Below, piece by piece: positions 1-8,766 of a stretch of DNA of 64,000 nucleotides; within the stretch, counting starts at the first letter, position 1; the number at the start of each line of letters is the position of its first letter. Below the pieces are notes generated by a model that was not told the origin of the DNA, did no database searches, and saw only the letters and a list, made by a program, of their open reading frames with translations. Made by a program: the position numbers and the translations under genes. The stretch lies in IMG/VR virus record IMGVR_UViG_3300027668_000008, positions 1 through 64,000 of that record. One strand, 5' to 3'.

Positions 1-294
1 ATAGTATACATTGTACATTATAAGTAACATATTGAATTATATACAATACTATATAAACACAGTATGATATATGCAATACTATATAATCATATTGTACTCG
101 AAAGAGTGCATACTGTAGTAGTGACTACGTCTACTATAGTACAGGTTTAATACGTTACTAGTGTAGACATATCCATCACACGTTATATAACCCTAGAAGA
201 CTATAAGTTTATTTACTAGTATACTAGTAGCGGAACTAAAGGGTTGAAAAGGTGTTGCCAAAACCTAAAAAAGTTGACCAGCGATTTGATTGCG

Positions 295-360
295 CCAGGG
301 TAAGGAATCACGGTGGGGCCAAAACGTAGCCCCCTGGGCCTGAAATATAATTCTTTTTTT
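295..360 (+). other. GC-rich stem-loop followed by a T-tract (terminator-like or structured element)
   Basis: GGGGC(315-319)/GCCCC(329-333) stem with a 9-nt loop; outer CCAG(295-298)/CTGG(334-337); TTCTTTTTTT follows at about 351-360. Confidence 0.4.
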
Positions 361-454
361 ATTATTCTGAGTTTACTCTAATACTAGTATAGCATATAGC
401 ATAGATTCAATATTAGGGGTCTACAGTGTACATACACTGCTAGTACTAGTACTA

Positions 455-727
455 CTATGCATAGGGACTACCTACTATATCAATAGCCCACTGATCCCAA
501 GGCTCTGTTGTTGTAGCCTTCAAACAGTTAGTCTCTGTAGTAAGACCTGGTGCTAGTACATCATTCTCTAGTATACTAGTAATAGTATTGACTTCACTCT
601 CATCATCACTGTCTACCCATAGCACACCATGTGCCCATTCCATCTTAGGAGCACAACTCTGCAGGTTATCAGTAAAGTAATCTTGTATAGTAGTAATACT
701 CGTTTGCTCTATGTTATCATATGACAT
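455..727 (-). CDS. Small acidic hypothetical protein (early gene)
   Basis: 90-aa ORF with AAAGGAG RBS, directly downstream of a TTGACA/TATAAT promoter at 761-788. Confidence 0.75.
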   Translation of the reverse strand: MSYDNIEQTSITTIQDYFTDNLQSCAPKMEWAHGVLWVDSDDESEVNTITSILENDVLAPGLTTETNCLKATTTEPWDQWAIDIVGSPYA

Positions 728-760
728 ATGTATGCTCCTTTAAAGTTAACTTATACTATA

Positions 761-788
761 ATTATAACACAACTAGACGTACTGTCAA
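761..788 (-). promoter_or_regulatory. Sigma70-type early promoter
   Basis: Minus strand TTGACA-N16-TATAAT with TG extension, then TATAAGTTAA leader and AAAGGAG RBS. Confidence 0.8.
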
Positions 789-797
789 CCGGTTATT

Positions 798-953
798 TTA
801 TAATAAGTCGATTTCTAATTCAGATAAACACACAACTACGGCTTGACTAGGTGATGTTGTTACGTTATAACTAATGCAGGCATTACTGGCTTGATCGAAT
901 GTAGAGAAAAAGAGTGTAGTTTGTGTTGCGAAGTCGACGATTGCGTACTGCAT
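798..953 (-). CDS. 51-aa hypothetical protein (MQYAIVDFATQ...), not in the ORF track
   Basis: ATG at 953 with AGGAG RBS, TAA at 798-800; lies between two promoters. Confidence 0.6.
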   Translation of the reverse strand: MQYAIVDFATQTTLFFSTFDQASNACISYNVTTSPSQAVVVCLSELEIDLL

Positions 954-991
954 AGAGTATCTCCTGTTTGTTTAACTTAACTTATACTACT

Positions 992-1019
992 ATTATAGCA
1001 TATCTAGCCGGCTTGTCAA
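992..1019 (-). promoter_or_regulatory. Sigma70-type early promoter
   Basis: TTGACA-N16-TATAAT with TGC extension, then TATAAGTTAA leader and AGGAG. Confidence 0.8.
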
Positions 1020-1117
1020 CCTAAATAAATACATTTGTACACATTATTATGTGGATATTCAGTCATAGTTGTACGTTACTATTGGTTCAATAGTCCAGAA
1101 CTCCAGTTTACATATAC

Positions 1118-1187
1118 ATTATAACAGGTTTTCACCATGTTGTCAACCTAATTAAACGGTTGACAAACTGAATAAACAGTGTATAAT
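1118..1187. promoter_or_regulatory. Back-to-back divergent sigma70 promoters
   Basis: Minus: TTGACA(1141-1146)-N17-TATAAT(1118-1123). Plus: TTGACA(1160-1165)-N16-TATAAT(1182-1187), facing the first radical SAM gene. Confidence 0.75.
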
Positions 1188-1218
1188 ATAATATTAACCT
1201 CCTTATGAACAGGTAGTA

Positions 1219-2523
1219 ATGACGAAACCCAATAAGAAAAGCCCTACACACTGTATGTTACCATGGATTCATTCGCATACTAGTGCTAATGGAACCTTCA
1301 AACCATGTTGTAATGCCATGGGCAGTGATCAACCACTGTGGACCAGTGATGCAAATGATGAAAGCACGTGGTATAAACAGGATCCTAACGCTACTAATGT
1401 AGCAAGAGCCGGCGATAGTATGAGTATAAGACGTAACAACATGACATTAAGTGAGTGGTTCACTAGTGCTTACATGGATAAACTACGCAATGACCTTGCT
1501 AATGGTGTACAAAACCCTATGTGTGGAAGGTGTTGGAGAGATGAAACTCGTAGTGGTACTAGTATAAGACAAAGATATAACAGTAAGTATGAACATCATA
1601 CCACTGTTGAACCCTCAATCTCATACCTAGACCTCAAGTTAACCAACCAATGTAACCTCAAGTGTAGGATGTGTGGCCCAAGTGACAGTAATTTAATAGC
1701 ACAAGACATAGTAGAACTAGAATCCCGGGGGTTGACAGTGCCCGTTAACTATGCTAATGCCTTCGGCCCTAGGAGAAGAAGCCATGCAGATACCAATTAC
1801 ATCGGAGGTTTGCCGGCAAGTACACTAGAAGACATTGAACATCTACTACCACAGTTAACACAACTTAAAGTAACCGGTGGTGAACCAACGCTACAACCAG
1901 AAGTACTACGCTTGTTCGATAGATGTATAGACAACAAGTATGCAGAAAACATTGAACTACACGTTACTACCAATGCTACCAAGTTTACAACAAAGTTTCT
2001 TGAACGTATAGAGCAATTTAAGAACACAAGATTCAATATAAGCGTTGATGGTTATGGTACAACATACAATTACATACGCTATCCCTTTACATGGGACAAG
2101 TTTAATGCTCGTATACAGTTACTAGAAAGTAGATACACTAGTAGTACTACAATACATTGGGCCTATACTTGTGTACCACAGATGTTTAACATAGAGAACA
2201 TACATAAACTACAACAACGAGTAGGGTCAGAACATTTATATGTGAACAATGTGCTACACCCTGACGGTATATACAACAGTTTAGACATAGTACCTGAACA
2301 TATACTAGTATACGCACTAGAGAACATAGAGTATGTTGAAGGTCAAAGTGATATTTTAATTAATTATATTAAAACATTATTAAATGATTATAAGCCCGTG
2401 ACTAAGAGTAGACTAGCAGACATGGTAAAGAGTGTTACTAGTGTAGACATACTACGCAATCAGCACTACAGTGAGTGTTTAGACCCCTTAACAGTGAAGT
2501 TTATAACTGAATCAGCATTGTAG
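1219..2523 (+). CDS. Radical SAM enzyme with N-terminal twitch/SPASM-like domain (class A, #1)
   Basis: N-terminal CMLPW..PCC..CGRC; CNLKCRMC (CxxxCxxC); TGGEP; C-terminal DxxR. Confidence 0.9.
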   Translation: MTKPNKKSPTHCMLPWIHSHTSANGTFKPCCNAMGSDQPLWTSDANDESTWYKQDPNATNVARAGDSMSIRRNNMTLSEWFTSAYMDKLRNDLANGVQNPMCGRCWRDETRSGTSIRQRYNSKYEHHTTVEPSISYLDLKLTNQCNLKCRMCGPSDSNLIAQDIVELESRGLTVPVNYANAFGPRRRSHADTNYIGGLPASTLEDIEHLLPQLTQLKVTGGEPTLQPEVLRLFDRCIDNKYAENIELHVTTNATKFTTKFLERIEQFKNTRFNISVDGYGTTYNYIRYPFTWDKFNARIQLLESRYTSSTTIHWAYTCVPQMFNIENIHKLQQRVGSEHLYVNNVLHPDGIYNSLDIVPEHILVYALENIEYVEGQSDILINYIKTLLNDYKPVTKSRLADMVKSVTSVDILRNQHYSECLDPLTVKFITESAL

Positions 2524-2910
2524 ACGGTTGTAATGGACATACCTTGAGAAACGGAAGCGACAGAAAGGCATACCTCAGCGACTCGAACCGACCTATAAGA
2601 AAAATTCTACACCCTAGATTCACTAGCACTACTAGTGTAATTAAATGAATTTACTTGCTCTTTGGTTGTTTCTCTAGTATAATGAGTACTATAAGCAGTG
2701 CTAAATAGTAGTGCGTATACTAGTTCTATAGTGTGTGCTTTCCCCATGCAAACTTTAACTACTATACAACTGTATACTATAATGTGAATTAAATCATTTA
2801 TTATTTTTAGTTCTCTACTAGTGTAAAACAAACCTGTACTAGTGTAGAACAGAGTAAATAACAATACTATTAGAGTAACAATGCTAACTATCAATTACAA
2901 GAGAACATAG

Positions 2911-4509
2911 ATGTCAAAACTGGACAACCCATACGATAAAACACAATTTACTACTAATCCACTAGAACCTTTAAGTGTACTATCATTAAAAGAACGCAAA
3001 GCAAACAAATGGTTTGATGCTGAAGGCAACACTATGTTTCAATATGAACGTGTTAAACGTTTAGAATTGGAATTCAATAATACTTGTTTCTTATACTGTG
3101 GAGGTTGTGGACGTACATTTAATCCAGAACTAGAGAAAGCAGGTAAGAAACTAATCATGCTTAAAGACGTTAAAAAGTTCTTCCCACCCGAATTTTGTGC
3201 TCAACTGCATTATTTTTTAAGTTGCGGTAACTATGGTGATCCAACAGCACATCCAGAGACACTAGACATACTACGTTGGTTTAGAACAAATGGAACAAAG
3301 AACGTAAGCATAAGTTCAAACGGAGCAAGTCGTAGTCCTGAATGGTGGGCTGAACTGGCTGGCATCATCAATGGAGAAGGTGGAAGCCGTGATGATATTA
3401 AAAACTATTACGGCGGTAGAGTTACCTTTAGCATTGACGGACTAGCAGACACCAACCATTTATACCGTGTGGGTGCAAAATGGGATAGGATAGTGGAAAA
3501 TGTTACTGCGTTTATTAATGCAGGAGGCAGAGCTAGATGGCAATGGATTATGATGAACCATAATGAACACCAATTAGAAGAAGCAAAAGCATGGGCTAAA
3601 GAAATAGGCTTTAGTGAGTTTATAGAAAAGGTTAGTTTTAGATATAACCCCATACGTTTAAGCAAACGTGAAGCAGAGAAACTAGCAGAAGACCAAGAGT
3701 TTGAAATGCTTAAAGACCGTAGTTTAAAGCAGGAGGAACTGCGAAAAGACGTTAGTATGAAATTTGAGCTTACCGACGCTAATGCGGCACTGAGTGCCCG
3801 AGCCGCCAAGCAAGGTGGCACCGAATTGAGCCCAGTTAATGTAAGTGTTAATCCAGAGAATCAACATCCTTATAGAGAAAAGATTAAAGGCATACACGAA
3901 CGTACAAGCAAGACTGCTAAAAAGTTTTGGAGCACTAAACAAAACATTATATGTCAAAACATAGGTGATCCAAGGATATATGTTGATGCAACAGGTAAAG
4001 TATGGCCCTGCAATTGGTTAGGTGGAATAGAGTTTTATGAAAATAAGGACAAGCATTGGCCTCTACCAAGTTATAAGAAGTATGGTATAGATGATCAATG
4101 GAACAGTTTATATAACTTTGCAGACGACGATAATCCAGTTAGAAGCATACTAGAACATCCTTTTTATGAGTATTTGTTAGAAGAAGATTGGAAACATAGT
4201 AGTGAAATGCAACCTGCTAAATGTAAACAAATGTGTCATACAGAGCTAGGTGATGGTATATTTGAAAGTATGAGACGTAATGAACAGAATTTAAAAACTG
4301 GTGAGTATAAAGACATCAGCGAAATACATGATACAGGTATTACTAAAGATGGTGGTCAAGTTGTTATGGCTCCAGAAGGTCAAAAGACTGGACGCTTTAA
4401 ACATCAAGGCGGAACAGGTATTGGTCCTGGCAGTAACAAGGCTGTAGAAGGATTAGATCAAAGCATACTAGATATTGAAACAATAGATGAAGACACCAAC
4501 GAATCATAA
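2911..4509 (+). CDS. Radical SAM enzyme with C-terminal SPASM/twitch domain (class B, #2), with an insertion and a Gly-rich tail
   Basis: CFLYCGGC; GNYGDP in place of GGEP; C-terminal C..VWPC..CKQMC. Confidence 0.9.
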   Translation: MSKLDNPYDKTQFTTNPLEPLSVLSLKERKANKWFDAEGNTMFQYERVKRLELEFNNTCFLYCGGCGRTFNPELEKAGKKLIMLKDVKKFFPPEFCAQLHYFLSCGNYGDPTAHPETLDILRWFRTNGTKNVSISSNGASRSPEWWAELAGIINGEGGSRDDIKNYYGGRVTFSIDGLADTNHLYRVGAKWDRIVENVTAFINAGGRARWQWIMMNHNEHQLEEAKAWAKEIGFSEFIEKVSFRYNPIRLSKREAEKLAEDQEFEMLKDRSLKQEELRKDVSMKFELTDANAALSARAAKQGGTELSPVNVSVNPENQHPYREKIKGIHERTSKTAKKFWSTKQNIICQNIGDPRIYVDATGKVWPCNWLGGIEFYENKDKHWPLPSYKKYGIDDQWNSLYNFADDDNPVRSILEHPFYEYLLEEDWKHSSEMQPAKCKQMCHTELGDGIFESMRRNEQNLKTGEYKDISEIHDTGITKDGGQVVMAPEGQKTGRFKHQGGTGIGPGSNKAVEGLDQSILDIETIDEDTNES

Positions 4510-5797
4510 ACAATTAAAAGGCTTTTGTGTACTGCCTTTTATTCATTTAAGCACACGCACTGATGGTAGTATGCAGATATGCTGTCATGCTAACAGTAGT
4601 AGTACGGAAGATAATAGAAAACCCGGCGTTAATCGTAAAGATGATGGTAGTTTAGTTAATCTAAAGCAGGATAGAGCTGAAGACTATTGGAATACAGAGT
4701 TTATGCGTACTATACGCACAGATATGTTGGCAAATAAGATGCCAAGAGCTTGTTTAACTTGTTATAAAGAAGAAGGATTAGGCTATCGCAGTAAACGTGT
4801 ATGGGAAAACGAAGAGTGGGAAAGGCGTATTGATGTGCCTGCATTATTAAAAGGTGTTGACAATAGTGGAGCAATGAGTTATGGTATACACTATGTTGAT
4901 ATGAAGTTAGGTAATAAATGTGACCTTGCTTGTGTTATGTGCAACCCTGCTGATAGTACACAATGGATACCTGACTATAATAAATTAATTAGCAGTGCTA
5001 GTGATGAATTAAATAAAGAAGTTTATTGGAATAAATCAGAAGCAGGTGGATATAATTGGTGGAAAAATAATAAAACATATTGGACTGACATATATGAGCA
5101 GTTGCATAACCTAAGACATATTTATATTATTGGTGGTGAGCCAACTATTAATAAAGAATTTAAACAGTTCTTACAGTATTGCGTAGATAATAATTATGCA
5201 AAAGGTATTGAATTAAGATTTAATACTAATGGACAAACAATAGATCCTGAATTAAAACAATTATACACAAAATTTAAACATTGTTTAATTCATTTAAGCA
5301 TGGACGGTATATACGAACGTTATGAATATATTCGTTATCCTGGTACATGGGCTAAAGAATTAGAAGTATTAAAGTATTGGGACAATATGCCTGACAACGT
5401 AACAGTTGACATCGACTGTACAGTTAGTGCATTAAACGTTAGCCATATACCAGACTTTGTACGTTGGAAGATGGATCAAGGCTTTAAAAAATTAAATAAA
5501 ACAAGATTCGGTGGCACTATAGGAATGCATTTACTATGGACACCTAACTTCTTAGGCATTAATAATTTAAATGATGAAATAAAAGCCAAAGCAAGTAACG
5601 ATATAGCACAACTACGCATGGAACTTGGCACAACAGTTACAAATAGATATAAAAAATTTGATGCACTATTAAATGCACTAGATAAACCAGCAACAAATAT
5701 AACAGTCTTAGTTGAGTACTTGGACAAAATGGATAAGATAAGAGGAACTTCATGGCAGGATACATTTCCAGAACTAATCAGTTTGCGAAAGAGCTAA
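4487..5797 (+). CDS. Radical SAM enzyme, N-terminal twitch (class A, #3)
   Basis: FCVLPF..ICC..CLTC; CDLACVMC; IGGEP; DKIR. Confidence 0.9.
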   Translation: MKTPTNHKQLKGFCVLPFIHLSTRTDGSMQICCHANSSSTEDNRKPGVNRKDDGSLVNLKQDRAEDYWNTEFMRTIRTDMLANKMPRACLTCYKEEGLGYRSKRVWENEEWERRIDVPALLKGVDNSGAMSYGIHYVDMKLGNKCDLACVMCNPADSTQWIPDYNKLISSASDELNKEVYWNKSEAGGYNWWKNNKTYWTDIYEQLHNLRHIYIIGGEPTINKEFKQFLQYCVDNNYAKGIELRFNTNGQTIDPELKQLYTKFKHCLIHLSMDGIYERYEYIRYPGTWAKELEVLKYWDNMPDNVTVDIDCTVSALNVSHIPDFVRWKMDQGFKKLNKTRFGGTIGMHLLWTPNFLGINNLNDEIKAKASNDIAQLRMELGTTVTNRYKKFDALLNALDKPATNITVLVEYLDKMDKIRGTSWQDTFPELISLRKS

Positions 5798-6726
5798 TAG
5801 AAAAAGAATTAATTAGCCACAAAAAGCACAACGCAATATACGATTACTTTTTTCAAACAACATTAAGGGACGCACCGTGGTATGATTGGTTAGACCAACC
5901 CGGATACTTTGAAGTTGCGGATGAATATAAAGAACGTATGACTGAATGGATTGTTGATAATGATTTTAATACTGTACATGGATTAGATAACTTTAAGCAT
6001 CGCGATTTAATTAATGGAACTACACAAGCATTTGATGAAGCATATTATAGATACAGTGGCAGACGTTTAAGAATATTGCGTGGCGAGTATGCGTATCACA
6101 AACGTGTTGTGTCTGATTATGTTTATTTAGACGAAGTATATTCAGAAGATTTAAGCATGAGCCAATTAGATGGTGATAACCCAATAAAAGAAAACGATTG
6201 GGTAATAATTAGTTTCCCATTTTGTGGAACAGGCGGAACTCCATTAGGATATCATGCAATATTAAATGATTGTTTGTTAAAAAAGGTTCCTGTATTAATA
6301 GATTGTGCTTGGTATGGAACTTGTATGGATCAACATATTGATTTAACACACCCTGCTATCAGTGAAGTAAGTTTTAGTTTAACTAAAAGCACAGGTACAG
6401 GCAACATTAGAAGTGGTGTGCGTTACAGTAATTACGAAGATAACTTACCAATTAGACAACAAAACAATTATAATCATTTAGTATTGGGAGCGGCACAAGT
6501 AGGTATTCATGTAATGAAACATATACCTAGTGACTGGCAAGTAAAGAATTACAGAGATTTTCAAATACAACTATGTCGTAAGTTAAACATTATGCCTAGT
6601 CCATGTATGCATATCGCAATAGCAGATGGTGAAGAAGATTGGCACAAGGACTTCTTAATGGACCAACGACATTACAAAGTTGGCATTAGACAGGCACTTA
6701 AGGCAATGAAGAAGGAACAACTTTAA
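5752..6726 (+). CDS. PLP-dependent fold-type-I enzyme (aminotransferase-like)
   Basis: NGTTQAF phosphate loop, LIDCAW (PLP-binding Asp), FSLTK (Schiff-base Lys). Confidence 0.7.
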   Translation: MAGYISRTNQFAKELIEKELISHKKHNAIYDYFFQTTLRDAPWYDWLDQPGYFEVADEYKERMTEWIVDNDFNTVHGLDNFKHRDLINGTTQAFDEAYYRYSGRRLRILRGEYAYHKRVVSDYVYLDEVYSEDLSMSQLDGDNPIKENDWVIISFPFCGTGGTPLGYHAILNDCLLKKVPVLIDCAWYGTCMDQHIDLTHPAISEVSFSLTKSTGTGNIRSGVRYSNYEDNLPIRQQNNYNHLVLGAAQVGIHVMKHIPSDWQVKNYRDFQIQLCRKLNIMPSPCMHIAIADGEEDWHKDFLMDQRHYKVGIRQALKAMKKEQL

Positions 6727-6986
6727 TGAGTATGATTTCTCCATGTATCAGCATATGTAGATGGGATCCAGTAACCAGTAACTGTTACGGATGTGGTCGT
6801 ACTGTTGCAGAGAAAATGATATGGAAAGACCAGGATACCACAGACGAGTGGAAAGAAAACAATTTAAAAGAGTGCATGGAAAGATTATCAGGGTGGCAAT
6901 TAGAAAGTTTCAAGGAATCATATCAGCATAAGATTAAATACGGTATATCCTTGTTTAAAAAAGAAATGAAGAAGAAACAACTTTAA
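6726..6986 (+). CDS. DUF1289-like small putative Fe-S protein
   Basis: SPCISIC..CYGCGRT..E..W signature. Confidence 0.8.
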   Translation: MSMISPCISICRWDPVTSNCYGCGRTVAEKMIWKDQDTTDEWKENNLKECMERLSGWQLESFKESYQHKIKYGISLFKKEMKKKQL

Positions 6987-7702
6987 TGAGTAACACACCT
7001 AATCCTGTAATTCGAATTATTGGCGATAGTTTTTTTACTAAAACTAAACGTAATTGGCTAGACCGTGCTATAGATCCAACACAGTTTACAATACATAACA
7101 GTGCTAAAGGTGGTACTGGCTTTTGGAGACAGTTAGATCAAGTAAAAGATTTAAAGAACCAAGACTATTATAATAATATTAAATATTGTATAGTAGGGTG
7201 GAGTCATCCATTTAGAATGTATGCTCCAGAGTATATGAGAGACTGGCGTATGAACGATCCAGCACTTTGTGATGAGGAGTTCTTTGGAGTCAAACACGAT
7301 CCTGGACTTAAAGCAAAGCAAGGTACAGTTTCTAATATGATTAAGTATGATTTAATAAATGAAGGTAGAGAATGTACTAAAGCATACGACTTATTACAGT
7401 ATGTTGATGCAGTATTATATCCTAGTATGCCACATATTAAATTCATTAACTTCTTTTGCTTTGACTTTGATTATATAGATGTAACATTAAATGACTTTAA
7501 CTTTAAAAACGCTGTTACAATACATCCAACATTATTTGATATTTGTACTGCTGATGAAAAGGATCCTGATAAAAAGGTAACTCCTATGGACGTTAATAAT
7601 CATTTAAATCATATACAACATAAAGGCATGGCATTAATGTTGGCAAATATAATACGTGATACAGAACAATTCAAACGAGTGAATATTAATAAATGGCTTT
7701 AG
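6986..7702 (+). CDS. SGNH/GDSL hydrolase-like protein
   Basis: IIGDSF block I, AKGG block II, C-terminal DVNNH. Confidence 0.6.
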   Translation: MSNTPNPVIRIIGDSFFTKTKRNWLDRAIDPTQFTIHNSAKGGTGFWRQLDQVKDLKNQDYYNNIKYCIVGWSHPFRMYAPEYMRDWRMNDPALCDEEFFGVKHDPGLKAKQGTVSNMIKYDLINEGRECTKAYDLLQYVDAVLYPSMPHIKFINFFCFDFDYIDVTLNDFNFKNAVTIHPTLFDICTADEKDPDKKVTPMDVNNHLNHIQHKGMALMLANIIRDTEQFKRVNINKWL

Positions 7703-8766
7703 ACATAGATAAAATTAACTACATGATGATAGAGTTTACATCGGCTTGTAATGCCAGATGTCCTGCTTGTGCAAGAACACAGCACTTTGTTAACAGTGGA
7801 ATAACTCCTCATGGTAGTAGACAAATAACAATGGACCATATGAAGAATCTTTTTGGTATCAAATGGCCCAATTTAAGAAAACTTAATATTGATGGCAACT
7901 ATGGTGACAGTATGTATCACCCACACAGTTTAGAATTATTGGAATACATCGCTGACACACAAGATGCATCTAAGATTAAGTTATACATTGATTCCAATGG
8001 AGGCTACAAGAAGCCTGAGTTTTGGACAAAGTTGGGCGACTTAATGAAACGTTTTCATCCTACAAGTTGTATTACATTCGGCATCGATGGAATAGATCCA
8101 GAAATGCATGCCAGGTACAGAGTAAGAGTAGACTTAAACAAAGTATTTGAAAATGCTAAAGCGTTTATCGATAATGGTGGCAACGCTGAATGGAAATGGA
8201 TTGGCTTTGATTATAATGATCACCAATTGGAAGATGCTAAACGTATGAGTAAAGAAATGGGGTTCAGTGCGTTTATATATAAAAATACTAGAGTAAGACA
8301 TAGTATTATACGTGAAGCAATGGGTCTACAAGACTTAGACAAGGGTGTTAGTGCTACGAGTAAGAATGTTAACAGTACAATTAGTCAAGAGATAGTTGCA
8401 CAAGCAAAGAAAGAAATTAAAAGTGTTAAAGACTTTGCTAACGATAGTACAATACATTGTAGGTTCCGTAGGGAAAAGAACTATGGATTTCAAGTAGAAC
8501 ACAGTGGCAGAATATATCAATGCTGTCATTTACCTGGGTACTATAATTACCAACAACCTGGCACTGAGATTTATAAAGAATATGAATATTATACAAATAA
8601 ATACAACACTAACTGGAACAGTTTAGACGAACACGGAATAATGGATATATTAAATCACCAATACTTCCAGCACGACTTAACAGACAGTTTTAATAACAGA
8701 ACAGATGCAACTGAAAACCCTAGAATAAACAGATGTATTTCAAAATGCGGATCAATTGATGCTTAA
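7693..8766 (+). CDS. Radical SAM enzyme, C-terminal SPASM (class B, #4)
   Basis: CNARCPAC; GNYGDS; C..YQCC..CISKC. Confidence 0.9.
   Translation: MALDIDKINYMMIEFTSACNARCPACARTQHFVNSGITPHGSRQITMDHMKNLFGIKWPNLRKLNIDGNYGDSMYHPHSLELLEYIADTQDASKIKLYIDSNGGYKKPEFWTKLGDLMKRFHPTSCITFGIDGIDPEMHARYRVRVDLNKVFENAKAFIDNGGNAEWKWIGFDYNDHQLEDAKRMSKEMGFSAFIYKNTRVRHSIIREAMGLQDLDKGVSATSKNVNSTISQEIVAQAKKEIKSVKDFANDSTIHCRFRREKNYGFQVEHSGRIYQCCHLPGYYNYQQPGTEIYKEYEYYTNKYNTNWNSLDEHGIMDILNHQYFQHDLTDSFNNRTDATENPRINRCISKCGSIDA

Noticed and set aside
2524-2610. GGTTCGAGTC on the minus strand (T-loop-like) and a CATACCT direct repeat, suggesting a tRNA or ribozyme
   Set aside because: The flanks do not form the 5-bp T stem, no acceptor or anticodon arms can be built, and there is no hammerhead CUGANGA core
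2607-2894. 95-aa minus-strand hydrophobic ORF in the track
   Set aside because: It lies in the low-complexity ACTAGT-rich spacer, has no clear RBS, and its Thr/Ser/Val/Leu/Tyr content follows from the DNA motif; probably non-coding
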